64,000 bases of DNA from Bacteroidaceae bacterium (GTDB lineage Bacteria > Bacteroidota > Bacteroidia > Bacteroidales > Bacteroidaceae). A program made the position numbers and the translations under genes. The stretch spans positions 19,100 to 83,099 of the forward strand of contig JAEEHP010000105.1 in assembly GCA_016280855.1 (NCBI GenBank). Direction: 5' to 3'. Below, in pieces: positions 7,787 to 17,074 of the stretch (position 1 is the first letter of the stretch; every line of letters begins with the position of its first letter). The notes beneath the pieces were generated by a model that was not told where the DNA came from, searched no databases, and worked only from the letters and a program-made list of their open reading frames with translations.

Positions 7787-10129
7787 ATGAAAAAACTATT
7801 CTCTACCGTTCTGATGCTGATGGTAGCAACCGTTATGTTTGCTGCACCCATCGGCCTGGATGAGGCCTTGCGCAAGGCTTCGGCTTTTATTGCTCAACAT
7901 CACCAGCACCAAGGCACCAAGGCGTTGAAGCCGGCACGTCGTCAGCCGGGCTTGAATGTGGCTGCCGTGGGTGGTGATTCCTATTTCTATGTCTTCAATG
8001 TAGGTCAGGACGAGGGCTTTGTCATCGTTAGTGGCGACGACCGTGCTGTGCCTATCTTGGGCTATGCCGATCATGGCAGCTTCGATGCCGCCGTCGTTCC
8101 GGCTCCTGTGCAAGCTTGGCTCGAGGGCTATGCCCGCCAGCTGCGCCGGCTGCAAGCCTCTGATGTGCAGGACAAGAGCCAGGCGCCCATTAACCGCTCG
8201 ACCATTGCGCCGTTGTTGACGATGCATTGGAACCAGAACGAGCCTTACAACAAGGATTGCCCCAAACTCCACACGGGGGCTTCAACGGTGACGGGCTGTG
8301 TGCCTACGGCTATGGCACAGTTGATGTACTACCATCGTTGGCCGGCCGCTACGACAGCCGCGATTCCTGGCTACGAAGGCAGCACGAATTGGGAGGACCA
8401 TGGTTCGCTCACCGTTGATGGCTTTCCTGCTGGCACGGCCTTCGAATGGGATAAGATGAAAGATGTCTATTCGGCTGAATTACCTGAAAATGAGGCTGAA
8501 CAAGCTGCCGCTCTCGAAGAGCAGAATGCTGTGGCGAAGCTCATGCGTGTCTGTGGCACGGCAGTGCAGGCCGACTATCGCGACAACGCGTCGGGAGGCA
8601 CTGGCGCAGAGGATGATATGGCCTGTGCGGCTTTCATCAAGTACTTCGACTATTCTGCGACGCTCCGTAAGGTGGTTCGTGACGACTATATGTACGCCGA
8701 CTGGCAGCAGCTGATCTATAGCGAACTGCAGGCTCGCCGTCCTGTCATCTACGGCGGTCAGTCGTCTGGCGGCGGCCATTTCTTCCTCGTCGATGGCTTC
8801 GAGAATGGGCTCTTCCATGTCAATTGGGGTTGGGGTGGTTTCTGCGACGGTTACTATGCCTTGTCGGTCGCTAACCCTGGCAGCAATGAGGGCGCCGGTG
8901 CCAGCGCTACGCTCGACGGCTATGGTCTCCAACAGGTGGCCATCATCGGCATAAAGAAGAACGAAGGCGAGCAGCCAACGGATATTCACATGAGTTCTGC
9001 CATCGTCGGCATTTCCGGAACATTCATCGGAGCCAGCTACTTTAATAAGAACTTCAGTACCTACAGTTTTGACTTCGGTCTCGGTTATGCTCAGCCCGAT
9101 GGCATCTATGTGCCGGTCGGCAGTTACTATACCTCCGATTCACCCTTGGATAAAGGTTGGGGTTACCCTAGCGAGACGCTTGAGGTTAAGGGTCTGGCGG
9201 ATGGCGTCTATCAGATTGTACCTATCAGCCGTGTCGTCGGTACGGAGAAGTGGTTGCCCAATGGTAATGTCAAGCGCGACTTCGTGAAGGCTACGGTCAG
9301 CGGTGGTCAGGTCACCTTGGAATGGAACCAGCCCAAGGTGGACTTGAAAGTCTCGGCCTTCGACTGTCCGGGTAAACATAAAATCGGTCGTCGTCAGGAG
9401 GTTAACGTCACGGTACAAAACCTTGGCGACGAGTACTATGGCCCGATCTACTTCTTCGTCGGCTCCGGCTCCACGGTGAAGTTGGTCGCTTACACGGGTA
9501 TCACCCTCGAAGCCAATGAGTCCGGCGCAACCACTTTCAGCTTCAATCCGGAGATTGTGGGAAATAACATCTTGGTCGTTTCCTTGGACAAGGAGTGTAC
9601 CAAGATTATCGGACAGGCCACGTTGAACATCAACCCGCAGGGCGAGACCGGCGAACACCTCAGCGTGAAGGCCTTCACCTTCGACAACGATAACACCACC
9701 GATTGGAGTGTGCCCGCATTCACGGGTAAGATCACGGTGAGCAACGCCGGCACCGAGGAGTTCGATGGCGAGATGTTCCTGCGGATCTATTACAACGTAG
9801 GGGCTCGCTTTGGCGAATTCTCGTTCTACAAGAACGTTTATTTTGAAGCTACTGTGCCTGCGGGTGCTACGGTGGACGTGCCCTTCATGGTCGAGGGCCT
9901 CACGCCAGGCACGTACTACTGGCCTATCGTGGCCGTGAACACGACGGCTCTTTGGGGGTCTGAAGGCGCAGGCATCCGTCGCTACGAGCCAGACATGGAT
10001 GGCGTTAAGGGAATTATGAATGATGAATTACGAATGAAGAATTCCATTTTCAATGTTGCCGGTCAGCGCCTTAGCGCACCGCAGAAAGGCATCATGATTG
10101 TGAATGGTAAGAAGGTCGTTGTTCGTTAA
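7787..10129 (+). CDS. C10 family cysteine peptidase (streptopain/interpain-like) with Spi-type prodomain and T9SS-like C-terminal tail
   Basis: Signal peptide; prodomain YFYVFNVGQDEGFVIVSGDDRAVPILGYAD; catalytic Cys TGCVPTAMAQLMYYHRWP; His GGGHFFLVDGF; NWGWGG; tail IFNVAGQRLSAPQKGIMIVNGKKVVVR. Confidence 0.85.
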   Translation: MKKLFSTVLMLMVATVMFAAPIGLDEALRKASAFIAQHHQHQGTKALKPARRQPGLNVAAVGGDSYFYVFNVGQDEGFVIVSGDDRAVPILGYADHGSFDAAVVPAPVQAWLEGYARQLRRLQASDVQDKSQAPINRSTIAPLLTMHWNQNEPYNKDCPKLHTGASTVTGCVPTAMAQLMYYHRWPAATTAAIPGYEGSTNWEDHGSLTVDGFPAGTAFEWDKMKDVYSAELPENEAEQAAALEEQNAVAKLMRVCGTAVQADYRDNASGGTGAEDDMACAAFIKYFDYSATLRKVVRDDYMYADWQQLIYSELQARRPVIYGGQSSGGGHFFLVDGFENGLFHVNWGWGGFCDGYYALSVANPGSNEGAGASATLDGYGLQQVAIIGIKKNEGEQPTDIHMSSAIVGISGTFIGASYFNKNFSTYSFDFGLGYAQPDGIYVPVGSYYTSDSPLDKGWGYPSETLEVKGLADGVYQIVPISRVVGTEKWLPNGNVKRDFVKATVSGGQVTLEWNQPKVDLKVSAFDCPGKHKIGRRQEVNVTVQNLGDEYYGPIYFFVGSGSTVKLVAYTGITLEANESGATTFSFNPEIVGNNILVVSLDKECTKIIGQATLNINPQGETGEHLSVKAFTFDNDNTTDWSVPAFTGKITVSNAGTEEFDGEMFLRIYYNVGARFGEFSFYKNVYFEATVPAGATVDVPFMVEGLTPGTYYWPIVAVNTTALWGSEGAGIRRYEPDMDGVKGIMNDELRMKNSIFNVAGQRLSAPQKGIMIVNGKKVVVR

Positions 10130-10148
10130 CGTAAGAAACATCATTATT

Positions 10149-11039
10149 ATGAAGAAACATAGTCTCAAGGATTGGATCCTGGCTACGCGTCCGTGGTCGT
10201 TCCCGGCATCTGCAATGCCCGTTGTTGTCACCATCATGTGGTCATGGGCTCATGGTATTCAAGTCAATTGGTGGTTTGCCCTTTGGGCTTTGGTCAACAT
10301 CATCTTCGTGCATGCCGCCGGTAATGTGTGGAGTGATATTGCTGACTATCGCAGCGGCGTCGATGCCGACGACACCTTCGGCGTGCGATCGCTGGTCGAT
10401 GGGCATTTCACCATCGAGGAGTTCAAGCGCCTGTCCATCACGCTGAACATCATCGCCATCCTGGGAGGCCTGGCACTCGTGAGCCTCACGGGTCTCACCT
10501 TATTATATATAGGTGTCGCTGGCATCCTGCTTTCGCTCTGCTATCCGCGTCTGAAGTATATGGCGCTGGGCGACGTGGTTATTGCGCTCTGCTACTCCAT
10601 CCTTCCCATGACCGGAACCTCTTTCATCATCTCTGGCTCCATCCATTGGCAAGTCCTATGGTTGGCCGTGCCGGTAGGACTGATCACCGTGGCCATCCTT
10701 CATGCCAACAATGTCCGTGATATCGAAACCGACAATCGGGCCCACATCCACACCTTCCCCATGTTCACGGGTCGTCGCTTCGGCGCTTGGCTTTATGCCG
10801 CCGAGGTTTTGGTACCCTTCCTGTGGCTCATTGGTCTGATGATTGCGCGCATCGAACCGTGGTGGCTCGGCGTCTCGTTCCTGGCTATGCCCGTGGCTGT
10901 GCAGAATGCCCGCACCATCTTGAACTACGAACGTGGTGGCAAGGAATCCTATGTCAACCTTGACGAACGCACGGCCAAGCTGCAGCTCATGTTCAGCCTC
11001 CTGCTCGTCCTCGGCTTCGTCCTCTCAAGAGTCCTTTGA
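10149..11039 (+). CDS. menA: 1,4-dihydroxy-2-naphthoate polyprenyltransferase (UbiA family)
   Basis: Polytopic membrane protein, WILATRPWSFPAS N-terminus, NxxxD-type prenyl-diphosphate motifs (NVWSDIADY, NNVRDIETD). The start is taken at MKKHSLKD; the upstream part of ORF 10104 overlaps the protease gene. Confidence 0.75.
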   Translation: MKKHSLKDWILATRPWSFPASAMPVVVTIMWSWAHGIQVNWWFALWALVNIIFVHAAGNVWSDIADYRSGVDADDTFGVRSLVDGHFTIEEFKRLSITLNIIAILGGLALVSLTGLTLLYIGVAGILLSLCYPRLKYMALGDVVIALCYSILPMTGTSFIISGSIHWQVLWLAVPVGLITVAILHANNVRDIETDNRAHIHTFPMFTGRRFGAWLYAAEVLVPFLWLIGLMIARIEPWWLGVSFLAMPVAVQNARTILNYERGGKESYVNLDERTAKLQLMFSLLLVLGFVLSRVL

Positions 11040-11068
11040 ACGTTTTCCCGCTCGGCGCTTGCGAATAA

Positions 11069-11102
11069 CTTTCAACTCTCAACTTTCAACTCTCAACTCT
11101 CC
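11069..11102 (+). repeat. heptamer word repeat (TCAACTY)n, G-free, abutting the start codon
   Basis: CTTTCAACTCTCAACTTTCAACTCTCAACTCTCC is followed directly by the ATG at 11103. Confidence 0.9.
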
Positions 11103-11711
11103 ATGAAACCTCTTGTTTCTTCCGTCGCTCTTGCGGCCGTCCTGTGGTTCGTGATGTTCTTCCCCTCTCTGGGTTTGGAGCTGAACTTCTGGGCGGTGAT
11201 GACTGTGGCTTCGCTCATGTTGACGACGTTGGCTATCGTCTTCGGCGGCTGGCCGCAGCTTCGTCCCGACTGGCGAGAGCTGTTGCTCGGCGCAGGCATT
11301 GCGGTAGTACTTTGGGGTGTCTTTTGGTTGGGCGACAAATGCTCTCAGCTGCTCTTCGACTTTGCCCGTCCCCAGGTCGATATGATCTACGGCATCAAGT
11401 CCGGCACTTCACCGTCGCTCATCGGCCTGTTGTTGCTGTTCATCATCGGCCCCGGCGAGGAGATTTTCTGGCGAGGCTATGTGCAGCGCCGTTTGTCCGA
11501 GCGCTGGTCGCCGAACGTGGGCTTCCTCGTGGCTACGGCAGCCTACACGCTCATCCATCTCTCCTCCTTGAATTTCATGCTCATCATGGCCGCTTTGGTC
11601 TGCGGCATTGCCTGGGGTGGTCTCTATCGCCTGTTCCCCAAGCACTTCACCGCCATCGTCGTCAGCCATGCCCTTTGGGATGCTGCCGCCTTCGTATGGT
11701 TCCCTCTTTAA
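11103..11711 (+). CDS. CPBP family intramembrane glutamic endopeptidase (CAAX/Abi-like)
   Basis: 202 aa, multi-TM, with motifs GPGEEIFWRGY and SHALWD. Confidence 0.8.
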   Translation: MKPLVSSVALAAVLWFVMFFPSLGLELNFWAVMTVASLMLTTLAIVFGGWPQLRPDWRELLLGAGIAVVLWGVFWLGDKCSQLLFDFARPQVDMIYGIKSGTSPSLIGLLLLFIIGPGEEIFWRGYVQRRLSERWSPNVGFLVATAAYTLIHLSSLNFMLIMAALVCGIAWGGLYRLFPKHFTAIVVSHALWDAAAFVWFPL

Positions 11712-11736
11712 CAACAAATCAATAAATCATAAGCTT

Positions 11737-14700
11737 ATGCGCAAATTTGTATCTCTATTCCTGTTGCTGATGGCATCGGCTGCGGTTTGGGCAGAGCCCA
11801 TCTCACGCGATGCTGCCCAGCAGTTGGCTCGCGACTTCCTCTCGCAGCGCAGCCCTCAGAACGCACGTCGCAGCATACGTGCTGCCCGAAACACGTTGGC
11901 GCTCAAGCCCGTGTCCACCGAGGCGTATTACTATGTCTTCAATGTCGGCGAAAGCCACGGTTTCGTCATCGTCAGCGGCGACGACCGTACAGAGCCGATC
12001 CTGGGCTATGCCGATGCCGGCACTTTCGACGAGCAGCACATGCCGTCGAACATGAAGGCGTGGCTGCAGGGCTATGCTGATGAACTGCGGTGGCTCGAAG
12101 TTCATCCCGGCTCCGCTCAGCACAGAGCACCGCGAATGGTCACCATCAAGAATGTCATTCATCCTTTGTTGGCTACGACATGGGATCAGGGCGAGCCGTA
12201 CAACGACGATTGTCCCCTTTTCCTAACCGGTAACCGGAGTGTCACAGGCTGTGTGGCCACGGCGATGGCGCAGGTGATGTACTACCACCAGTGGCCGGCT
12301 GCAACCACGAAGGAGATTCCGGCCTATCAATGTGAACGCAGTTGGGGAGGCAGTCATGTCTCCGTCGATGCCATCCCCGCTAACACCGCTTTCGACTGGA
12401 CTAACATGCAGCTCTCTTACGACGGTTCGGAAACTGCCGCACAGAAAAAGGCCGTCTCCACGCTGATGGCTGCCGTAGGCGCATCGGCCGAGATGGACTA
12501 TGCCGATTCCAGAAACAAAGGCTCCTCGGCCGCTCTCGCACTCTGCGACGATGCTTTGAAGACGTATTTCGACTATAGCGCCACCACCACTTATGTTGAT
12601 CGCGAGAACTATTATCTCGACGATTGGATGGAATTGCTCTACAACGAGCTCGCCCAATCCCGTCCCGTGCTCTATGGCGGTCAGTCGTCGGGCGGCGGTC
12701 ATGCTTTTGTCGTTGATGGCTACGACGGCGCAGGCAAGTTCCACATCAACTGGGGCTGGAACGGCTCGAACAACGGCTTCTTCCTCATCTCCGTGCTGAA
12801 TCCTTATAATAACACGGGTTCTGGAGCCAGCAGCTCCGAAGATGGTTACAGCTTCGGTCAGGAGGCCATCATCGGCATCAAGATGAACGAGGGCGAGACA
12901 ACGCCTCTCGTCAAGACACCGCCCATGCATGGCAACATCAGCGCCGTGAATGGCAATCAGGTGACCTTCAGTGCTTGGACTTCCTTGACGGAAACGGAAA
13001 CGTTTGACTTCGGCATAGGATATGTGGACCAGGACGGCACGGTGCATTATCTCACAGGATATGCAGGGCACCCTTTGAGCTTCGGTCATGGCTTCCCATC
13101 GGTGGACGTTGCTGTCAGCGGCCTTGCCGATGGCACCTACCATATTGTCGCCCTCTGCCGCATACACGGCACCGATGAGTGGATTCCCTACGTCAATGCC
13201 AATGTCAACTATGCCTTGGCGGTGGTCGCAGGTGGCTCCATCTCCTTGACGCTGGTTCCTGCTACGTCGTTGAATGTCACCTCTTTCACCCTGCCCGACA
13301 GCCCAAAGGCCGGCATCAGCCAGACCATCACGGCCCATGTCAACAACACCGCCGATGAATTCTATGGTGAGCTCTTCCTTTTTGCCAGCACTTCGGGTTC
13401 AATGGGTACTGCCGTCGCTTCTACGGGTTGCACCGTTCTAGCCGGCAAGACCTTCCCCGTGGAGCTCTTCTATGCCTTCCCTAACCCCGGTACCTATCAT
13501 CTTTGGGTGGCAACAGACAAAGACGGAACGAATGTCATCGGCGAGACATCGATCACCATCACCGGGACAGGCGCTGTGACCGACGACGTCGATCTTGCCT
13601 TCACGCGTGTCATCGCCCCGCTCTCTGCCGATGGAACAAAGCTGCTGAGCAATCGGGCCGAGGTCCAGTGGACAATCACCAACTCTTCCGACCAGAATTA
13701 TCAGGGTAAAGTATGCTTCTTTCTCTGGACATGGACAGGCGGAAGTACTAGAGGCGAAGGTCCTGTACATCAGATATCCGTGCCTGCTCATGGTTCCGTG
13801 ACGTGGACAGAGGTATTCACCGATCTACAATGGGACCAGGAATATTCTTTCACGGCAGAATATATGAAGAATAGTGATTATACAAATAATAAAACATATT
13901 TCTATGACATCTTTGCCCTTGTCCAAGCGGCGAGTTACTATCTTTCCGATGGCACGAAAGCCTTCGTCGAGCCTGCGGCCTCTATCGCCATACCTGTGGA
14001 TGCGACAGCTGTTGACCTTCGTGGTTGCAGCGGCATAACAGAAGTCACAGGCGGCAATCGCAATACGCTCTACTTCCTGGATGCCAGCAGTGCCGTCCCT
14101 GCGGGAGCTTCCTCGAACATCGTCCGCGATGGCGTCGCTGAGAACCTCGTCCTCAATGACGGCTACGACTTCGCCACGCCTTTTGCCTTCACGGCCAATA
14201 CCGCCACTTACGACCGCATGTTCTTGACCGGCTTCGACCGCAGCGGCAACGGTTGGAGCACCATCACGCTGCCCTTCGACGTCAACGGAGTCACGGTCAC
14301 CTGGAGTGGCAATGATTATCCCATCGACTGGTTCCGCAGCGGCGACGACACGGGCAAGAACTTCTGGATCATGCAGTTCGCTCGCGAGGAAAACGGCACC
14401 GTTTACTTCTCGCAGGCCGAGACCTTCAGGGCGGGTGTTCCTTACATCATCGCCGTGCCGGGTGCCGAGTGGGGCAATGGCGCTGATCTCACGGGTCTGC
14501 CGCTCCACTTCACGGCTTCCAACGTCGCCCTCTCTCCCGACTTCAAGGCGGCCAGCATGGGCTCCGTCTTCACGATGAAGGGCACAGTCGCCAGGGAAAA
14601 CGTGATGGGTGTCTATGTCCTCAACGACGAAGGCAACCACTTCCAGATGAATAATGCTGCCGTCGATGCCTTCAGAGCCTATTTCGCACCGACCACAAAC

Positions 14701-14889
14701 CTCTTGGGGTATAGAACCTATAGCGTGGCTGTGGACGACGTGCCAACTGCCATCGGCGACCTGCGCTCAAAGGGGATCGGCAAGACTCAGGACGATGATG
14801 CCTGGTACCGAATCGACGGCACAAGGATGGCGTCGCCGCAGCGACCTGGCATCTACATCCACCAAGGAAATAAGGTCATCATCAAGTAA
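11737..14889 (+). CDS. C10 family cysteine peptidase paralog with large C-terminal accessory region and T9SS-like tail
   Basis: Start at MRKFVSLFLLLMASAAVWA. YYYVFNVGESHGFVIVSGDDRTEPILGYAD; VTGCVATAMAQVMYYHQWP; GGGHAFVVDGY; NWGWNG; about 600 aa of beta-rich modules ending ...FRAYFAP; tail WYRIDGTRMASPQRPGIYIHQGNKVIIK. Confidence 0.85.
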   Translation: MRKFVSLFLLLMASAAVWAEPISRDAAQQLARDFLSQRSPQNARRSIRAARNTLALKPVSTEAYYYVFNVGESHGFVIVSGDDRTEPILGYADAGTFDEQHMPSNMKAWLQGYADELRWLEVHPGSAQHRAPRMVTIKNVIHPLLATTWDQGEPYNDDCPLFLTGNRSVTGCVATAMAQVMYYHQWPAATTKEIPAYQCERSWGGSHVSVDAIPANTAFDWTNMQLSYDGSETAAQKKAVSTLMAAVGASAEMDYADSRNKGSSAALALCDDALKTYFDYSATTTYVDRENYYLDDWMELLYNELAQSRPVLYGGQSSGGGHAFVVDGYDGAGKFHINWGWNGSNNGFFLISVLNPYNNTGSGASSSEDGYSFGQEAIIGIKMNEGETTPLVKTPPMHGNISAVNGNQVTFSAWTSLTETETFDFGIGYVDQDGTVHYLTGYAGHPLSFGHGFPSVDVAVSGLADGTYHIVALCRIHGTDEWIPYVNANVNYALAVVAGGSISLTLVPATSLNVTSFTLPDSPKAGISQTITAHVNNTADEFYGELFLFASTSGSMGTAVASTGCTVLAGKTFPVELFYAFPNPGTYHLWVATDKDGTNVIGETSITITGTGAVTDDVDLAFTRVIAPLSADGTKLLSNRAEVQWTITNSSDQNYQGKVCFFLWTWTGGSTRGEGPVHQISVPAHGSVTWTEVFTDLQWDQEYSFTAEYMKNSDYTNNKTYFYDIFALVQAASYYLSDGTKAFVEPAASIAIPVDATAVDLRGCSGITEVTGGNRNTLYFLDASSAVPAGASSNIVRDGVAENLVLNDGYDFATPFAFTANTATYDRMFLTGFDRSGNGWSTITLPFDVNGVTVTWSGNDYPIDWFRSGDDTGKNFWIMQFAREENGTVYFSQAETFRAGVPYIIAVPGAEWGNGADLTGLPLHFTASNVALSPDFKAASMGSVFTMKGTVARENVMGVYVLNDEGNHFQMNNAAVDAFRAYFAPTTNLLGYRTYSVAVDDVPTAIGDLRSKGIGKTQDDDAWYRIDGTRMASPQRPGIYIHQGNKVIIK

Positions 14890-14908
14890 ACCCCTAAATG
14901 ATACGACT

Positions 14909-15094
14909 ATGAAAAAGAAGATATATCGCCAGCCTGAGCTCACCGCTTGGCACATCAATGCACAGGAGAACTTGATGTTCAACCCCGTTTCCAACCCGTC
15001 GCTGCCCAGCAACCCCGGCACTCCCGGCGTAGGGGTGAAGGAAGACGTGGAAACGGATGATAGTTTCTGGGGACCCGGCGCTTTCGAATCCTAA
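14909..15094 (+). CDS. small hypothetical protein (61 aa)
   Basis: ATG 20 nt after the protease stop. MKKKIYRQPELTAWHINAQENLMFNPV... with a Pro/Gly-rich middle and an acidic tail. No signal peptide. Whether it is coding is uncertain. Confidence 0.35.
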   Translation: MKKKIYRQPELTAWHINAQENLMFNPVSNPSLPSNPGTPGVGVKEDVETDDSFWGPGAFES

Positions 15095-15111
15095 GTTAAA
15101 CCCGATTCGGG

Positions 15112-15609
15112 TTAAAGCATCTCATATTCCGGCACCTGTGGCAGAAAGTCATAGGTGCCTTTTGTTTTGTCCAGATGGCAGACCACGTGCTGCAAACCGT
15201 TGCTGACGATCAGCCATTCCACCCGCAGCACCGTGTTATAACGCCACACTTGATCGAACACCCGTTGCGTCAAAGCCACCGTCGGTGCCTTGTATTCGAT
15301 GATCATCCGTGGCTGCCGGTCCATCCCGAAGAGCACGCTGTCGCAACGGCGCGACATGCCGTTGAGCGTGATGCTTACTTCGTTGCCCAACAGTCCTGCG
15401 GGATAGCCCTTGTGACGAATCAGGTACGCCGTGAAATGCTGGCGCACCCATTCCTCCGGCGTCAGCCGAATGCGACGGCGGCGTAGCGGATCGAACACCG
15501 TCACGCCTCCCTCCTCGTCGCGCCCCAGCTTGAGGTCGGCGGCAGGCAGGTTCAGGGCAGGGTAGGGGCTGTCCGCTATCGGTTGTGAAGGTCGCGTCTC
15601 GTCTTTCAT
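15112..15609 (-). CDS. type I restriction enzyme HsdR N-terminal domain-containing protein (stand-alone)
   Basis: VFDPLRRRRIRLTPEEWVRQHF...RCDSVLF...PRMIIEYKAP...DQVWRYN...LIVSNG is the typical family pattern. The start at MKDETR is supported by a promoter box 4 nt upstream. Confidence 0.7.
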   Translation of the reverse strand: MKDETRPSQPIADSPYPALNLPAADLKLGRDEEGGVTVFDPLRRRRIRLTPEEWVRQHFTAYLIRHKGYPAGLLGNEVSITLNGMSRRCDSVLFGMDRQPRMIIEYKAPTVALTQRVFDQVWRYNTVLRVEWLIVSNGLQHVVCHLDKTKGTYDFLPQVPEYEML

Positions 15610-15613
15610 GCCG

Positions 15614-15621
15614 CAAAGGTA
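15614..15621 (-). promoter_or_regulatory. -7 promoter box TACCTTTG only 4 nt from the ATG (leaderless-type arrangement)
   Basis: Plus strand reads CAAAGGTA at 15614-15621; the start codon (CAT) is at 15607-15609. Confidence 0.45.
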
Positions 15622-15718
15622 AGCATTATTTTTGAAACGGCGCGTCGGCATAGCCTAAAAGAACGCTTCTCTTGCTAAGAAAACTGCCATTTTGCTTCTC
15701 GGTTACAATCGTTTTGCG

Positions 15719-15726
15719 TACCTTTG
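15719..15726 (+). promoter_or_regulatory. -7 promoter box TACCTTTG (BASS transporter)
   Basis: TAnnTTTG match 38 nt upstream of the ATG at 15764. Confidence 0.5.
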
Positions 15727-15763
15727 CACGCAGAATAAAACAAAATAGAACTCCGTTGATCGT

Positions 15764-16714
15764 ATGAAACGACTATGCAAGGCGATAGCCGACTACATGG
15801 GCCTCTTGGTGCTGCTCTCGGCAGTGCTGGCGCTGTTGTGGCCCGAATGGTTCTGCCACGTGAAACCTGTGTTCATCAACCCCATGCTGGGCGTCGTCAT
15901 GTTCGGGATGGGCTTGACGCTGAACTTCGATGACTTCCGTGTCGTCTTCAGCCGACCCAAGGATGTCCTGACCGGATGCCTGGCACAGTTCACGGTGATG
16001 CCCCTGCTGGCTTGGCTGCTGGCTCGGGCTTTTGCGCTCGACGAAGCCTTGACGGTGGGTGTCGTCCTCGTCGGCTGTTGCCCGGGCGGTACGGCTTCCA
16101 ATGTCATCACCTATCTCGCCAAGGGCGACCTCGCCCTCAGCGTCGGCATGACAGCCGTCTCGACCTTGCTAGCTCCTGTGGCTACGCCGCTGCTGGTGTG
16201 GCTGTTGGCGGGTAAGACGGTGGATGTCGATGTGTGGGGAATGCTCCTGAGCATCCTCTGGGTGGTTATCCTCCCCATCATCGTCGGTCTGGTGGTCAAA
16301 CGCCTTTGGCCGCAGCAGACCGAACGTGTGACGGCCTATCTGCCTGCCCTCTCGTCGCTGGCCATCTGCGCCATCGTGCTCATCATCATCGCTGCCAATG
16401 CCCATAAGCTGTTGTCCGGCGGCTTGGTGATCATTCTTGTTGTCATGCTCCACAACCTCTGTGGCCTCGCTCTCGGCTATGCTGTCGGTCGTGCCGCCGG
16501 GATGTCGTTCGCCAAGCGTCGTGCCGTCAGCATCGAGGTCGGCATGCAAAACTCAGGCCTCGCCTCGTCCCTTGCCACCCTCCATTTCGCCGCCTATCCC
16601 ATGGCCACCCTCCCTGGCGCCGTATTCAGCGTGTGGCACAATATGAGCGGTGCCATCGTTGCCCGCCTGTATGCCCGGAAGACGAGCCGAGGGCAGGCAT
16701 TAAACCACCCTTGA
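15764..16714 (+). CDS. bile acid:sodium symporter (BASS) family transporter
   Basis: 316 aa, about 9-10 TM segments, with CCPGGTASNV and EVGMQNSGLA signature segments. Confidence 0.8.
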   Translation: MKRLCKAIADYMGLLVLLSAVLALLWPEWFCHVKPVFINPMLGVVMFGMGLTLNFDDFRVVFSRPKDVLTGCLAQFTVMPLLAWLLARAFALDEALTVGVVLVGCCPGGTASNVITYLAKGDLALSVGMTAVSTLLAPVATPLLVWLLAGKTVDVDVWGMLLSILWVVILPIIVGLVVKRLWPQQTERVTAYLPALSSLAICAIVLIIIAANAHKLLSGGLVIILVVMLHNLCGLALGYAVGRAAGMSFAKRRAVSIEVGMQNSGLASSLATLHFAAYPMATLPGAVFSVWHNMSGAIVARLYARKTSRGQALNHP

Positions 16715-16801
16715 AACTGGCACTTTGTGCCGAAATGCAACAAAATGGTCAAAAATCACGTTAAACAGACGAAAGTATAACGCTATTTCCTAAATAAGTT
16801 G

Positions 16802-16809
16802 TACTTTTG
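16802..16809 (+). promoter_or_regulatory. -7 promoter box TACTTTTG (toxin-antitoxin operon)
   Basis: TAnnTTTG match 29 nt upstream of the ATG at 16838. Confidence 0.45.
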
Positions 16810-16837
16810 CACACGGAAACAAGAAAAATGTAGAGAT

Positions 16838-17074
16838 ATGGCAACAGCAACGTACATCCCCACACGGCCAGGCAGGCTAACCGTAGAATTCGAGGACATC
16901 AGCATGCTCCGGGACATCAAGAAAGCCATTAGCATGGTTCGCGGTGTCACAAAGGTTTCCGTTCCGCGAACTAAGCGATTGTCGTCCTATGAGCGTTCCC
17001 TTCGCGACCTTGACGAAGGTCGCGTATATGAATACGATAGTCTGGATGATCTTATCAAAGAGATAGAAGGATGA
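16838..17074 (+). CDS. putative antitoxin (78 aa) of the YafQ-type toxin
   Basis: A small acidic protein whose stop overlaps the toxin start (ATGA at 17071-17074). I recognise no named antitoxin motif. Confidence 0.55.
   Translation: MATATYIPTRPGRLTVEFEDISMLRDIKKAISMVRGVTKVSVPRTKRLSSYERSLRDLDEGRVYEYDSLDDLIKEIEG

Noticed and set aside
12223-13338. Long antisense ORF (371 aa) inside C10 protease 2. Similar shadow ORFs occur at 21630..22796, 36705..37916, 39117..39947, 41176..42696, 45432..46988, 47882..49780 and 55967..57496.
   Set aside because: Their translations are Arg/Gly/Ala/His-rich and low in complexity, with no recognisable motifs. They lie fully opposite genes with strong family motifs. 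Such stop-free antisense frames are typical of GC-rich DNA.
15097-15113. Short hairpin AACCCG-ATT-CGGGTT as a bidirectional terminator between the small ORF and the HsdR_N gene.
   Set aside because: It has only a 6-bp stem and a 3-nt loop, overlaps the stop codon of the minus-strand gene, and has no U-tract. This is too weak to call.
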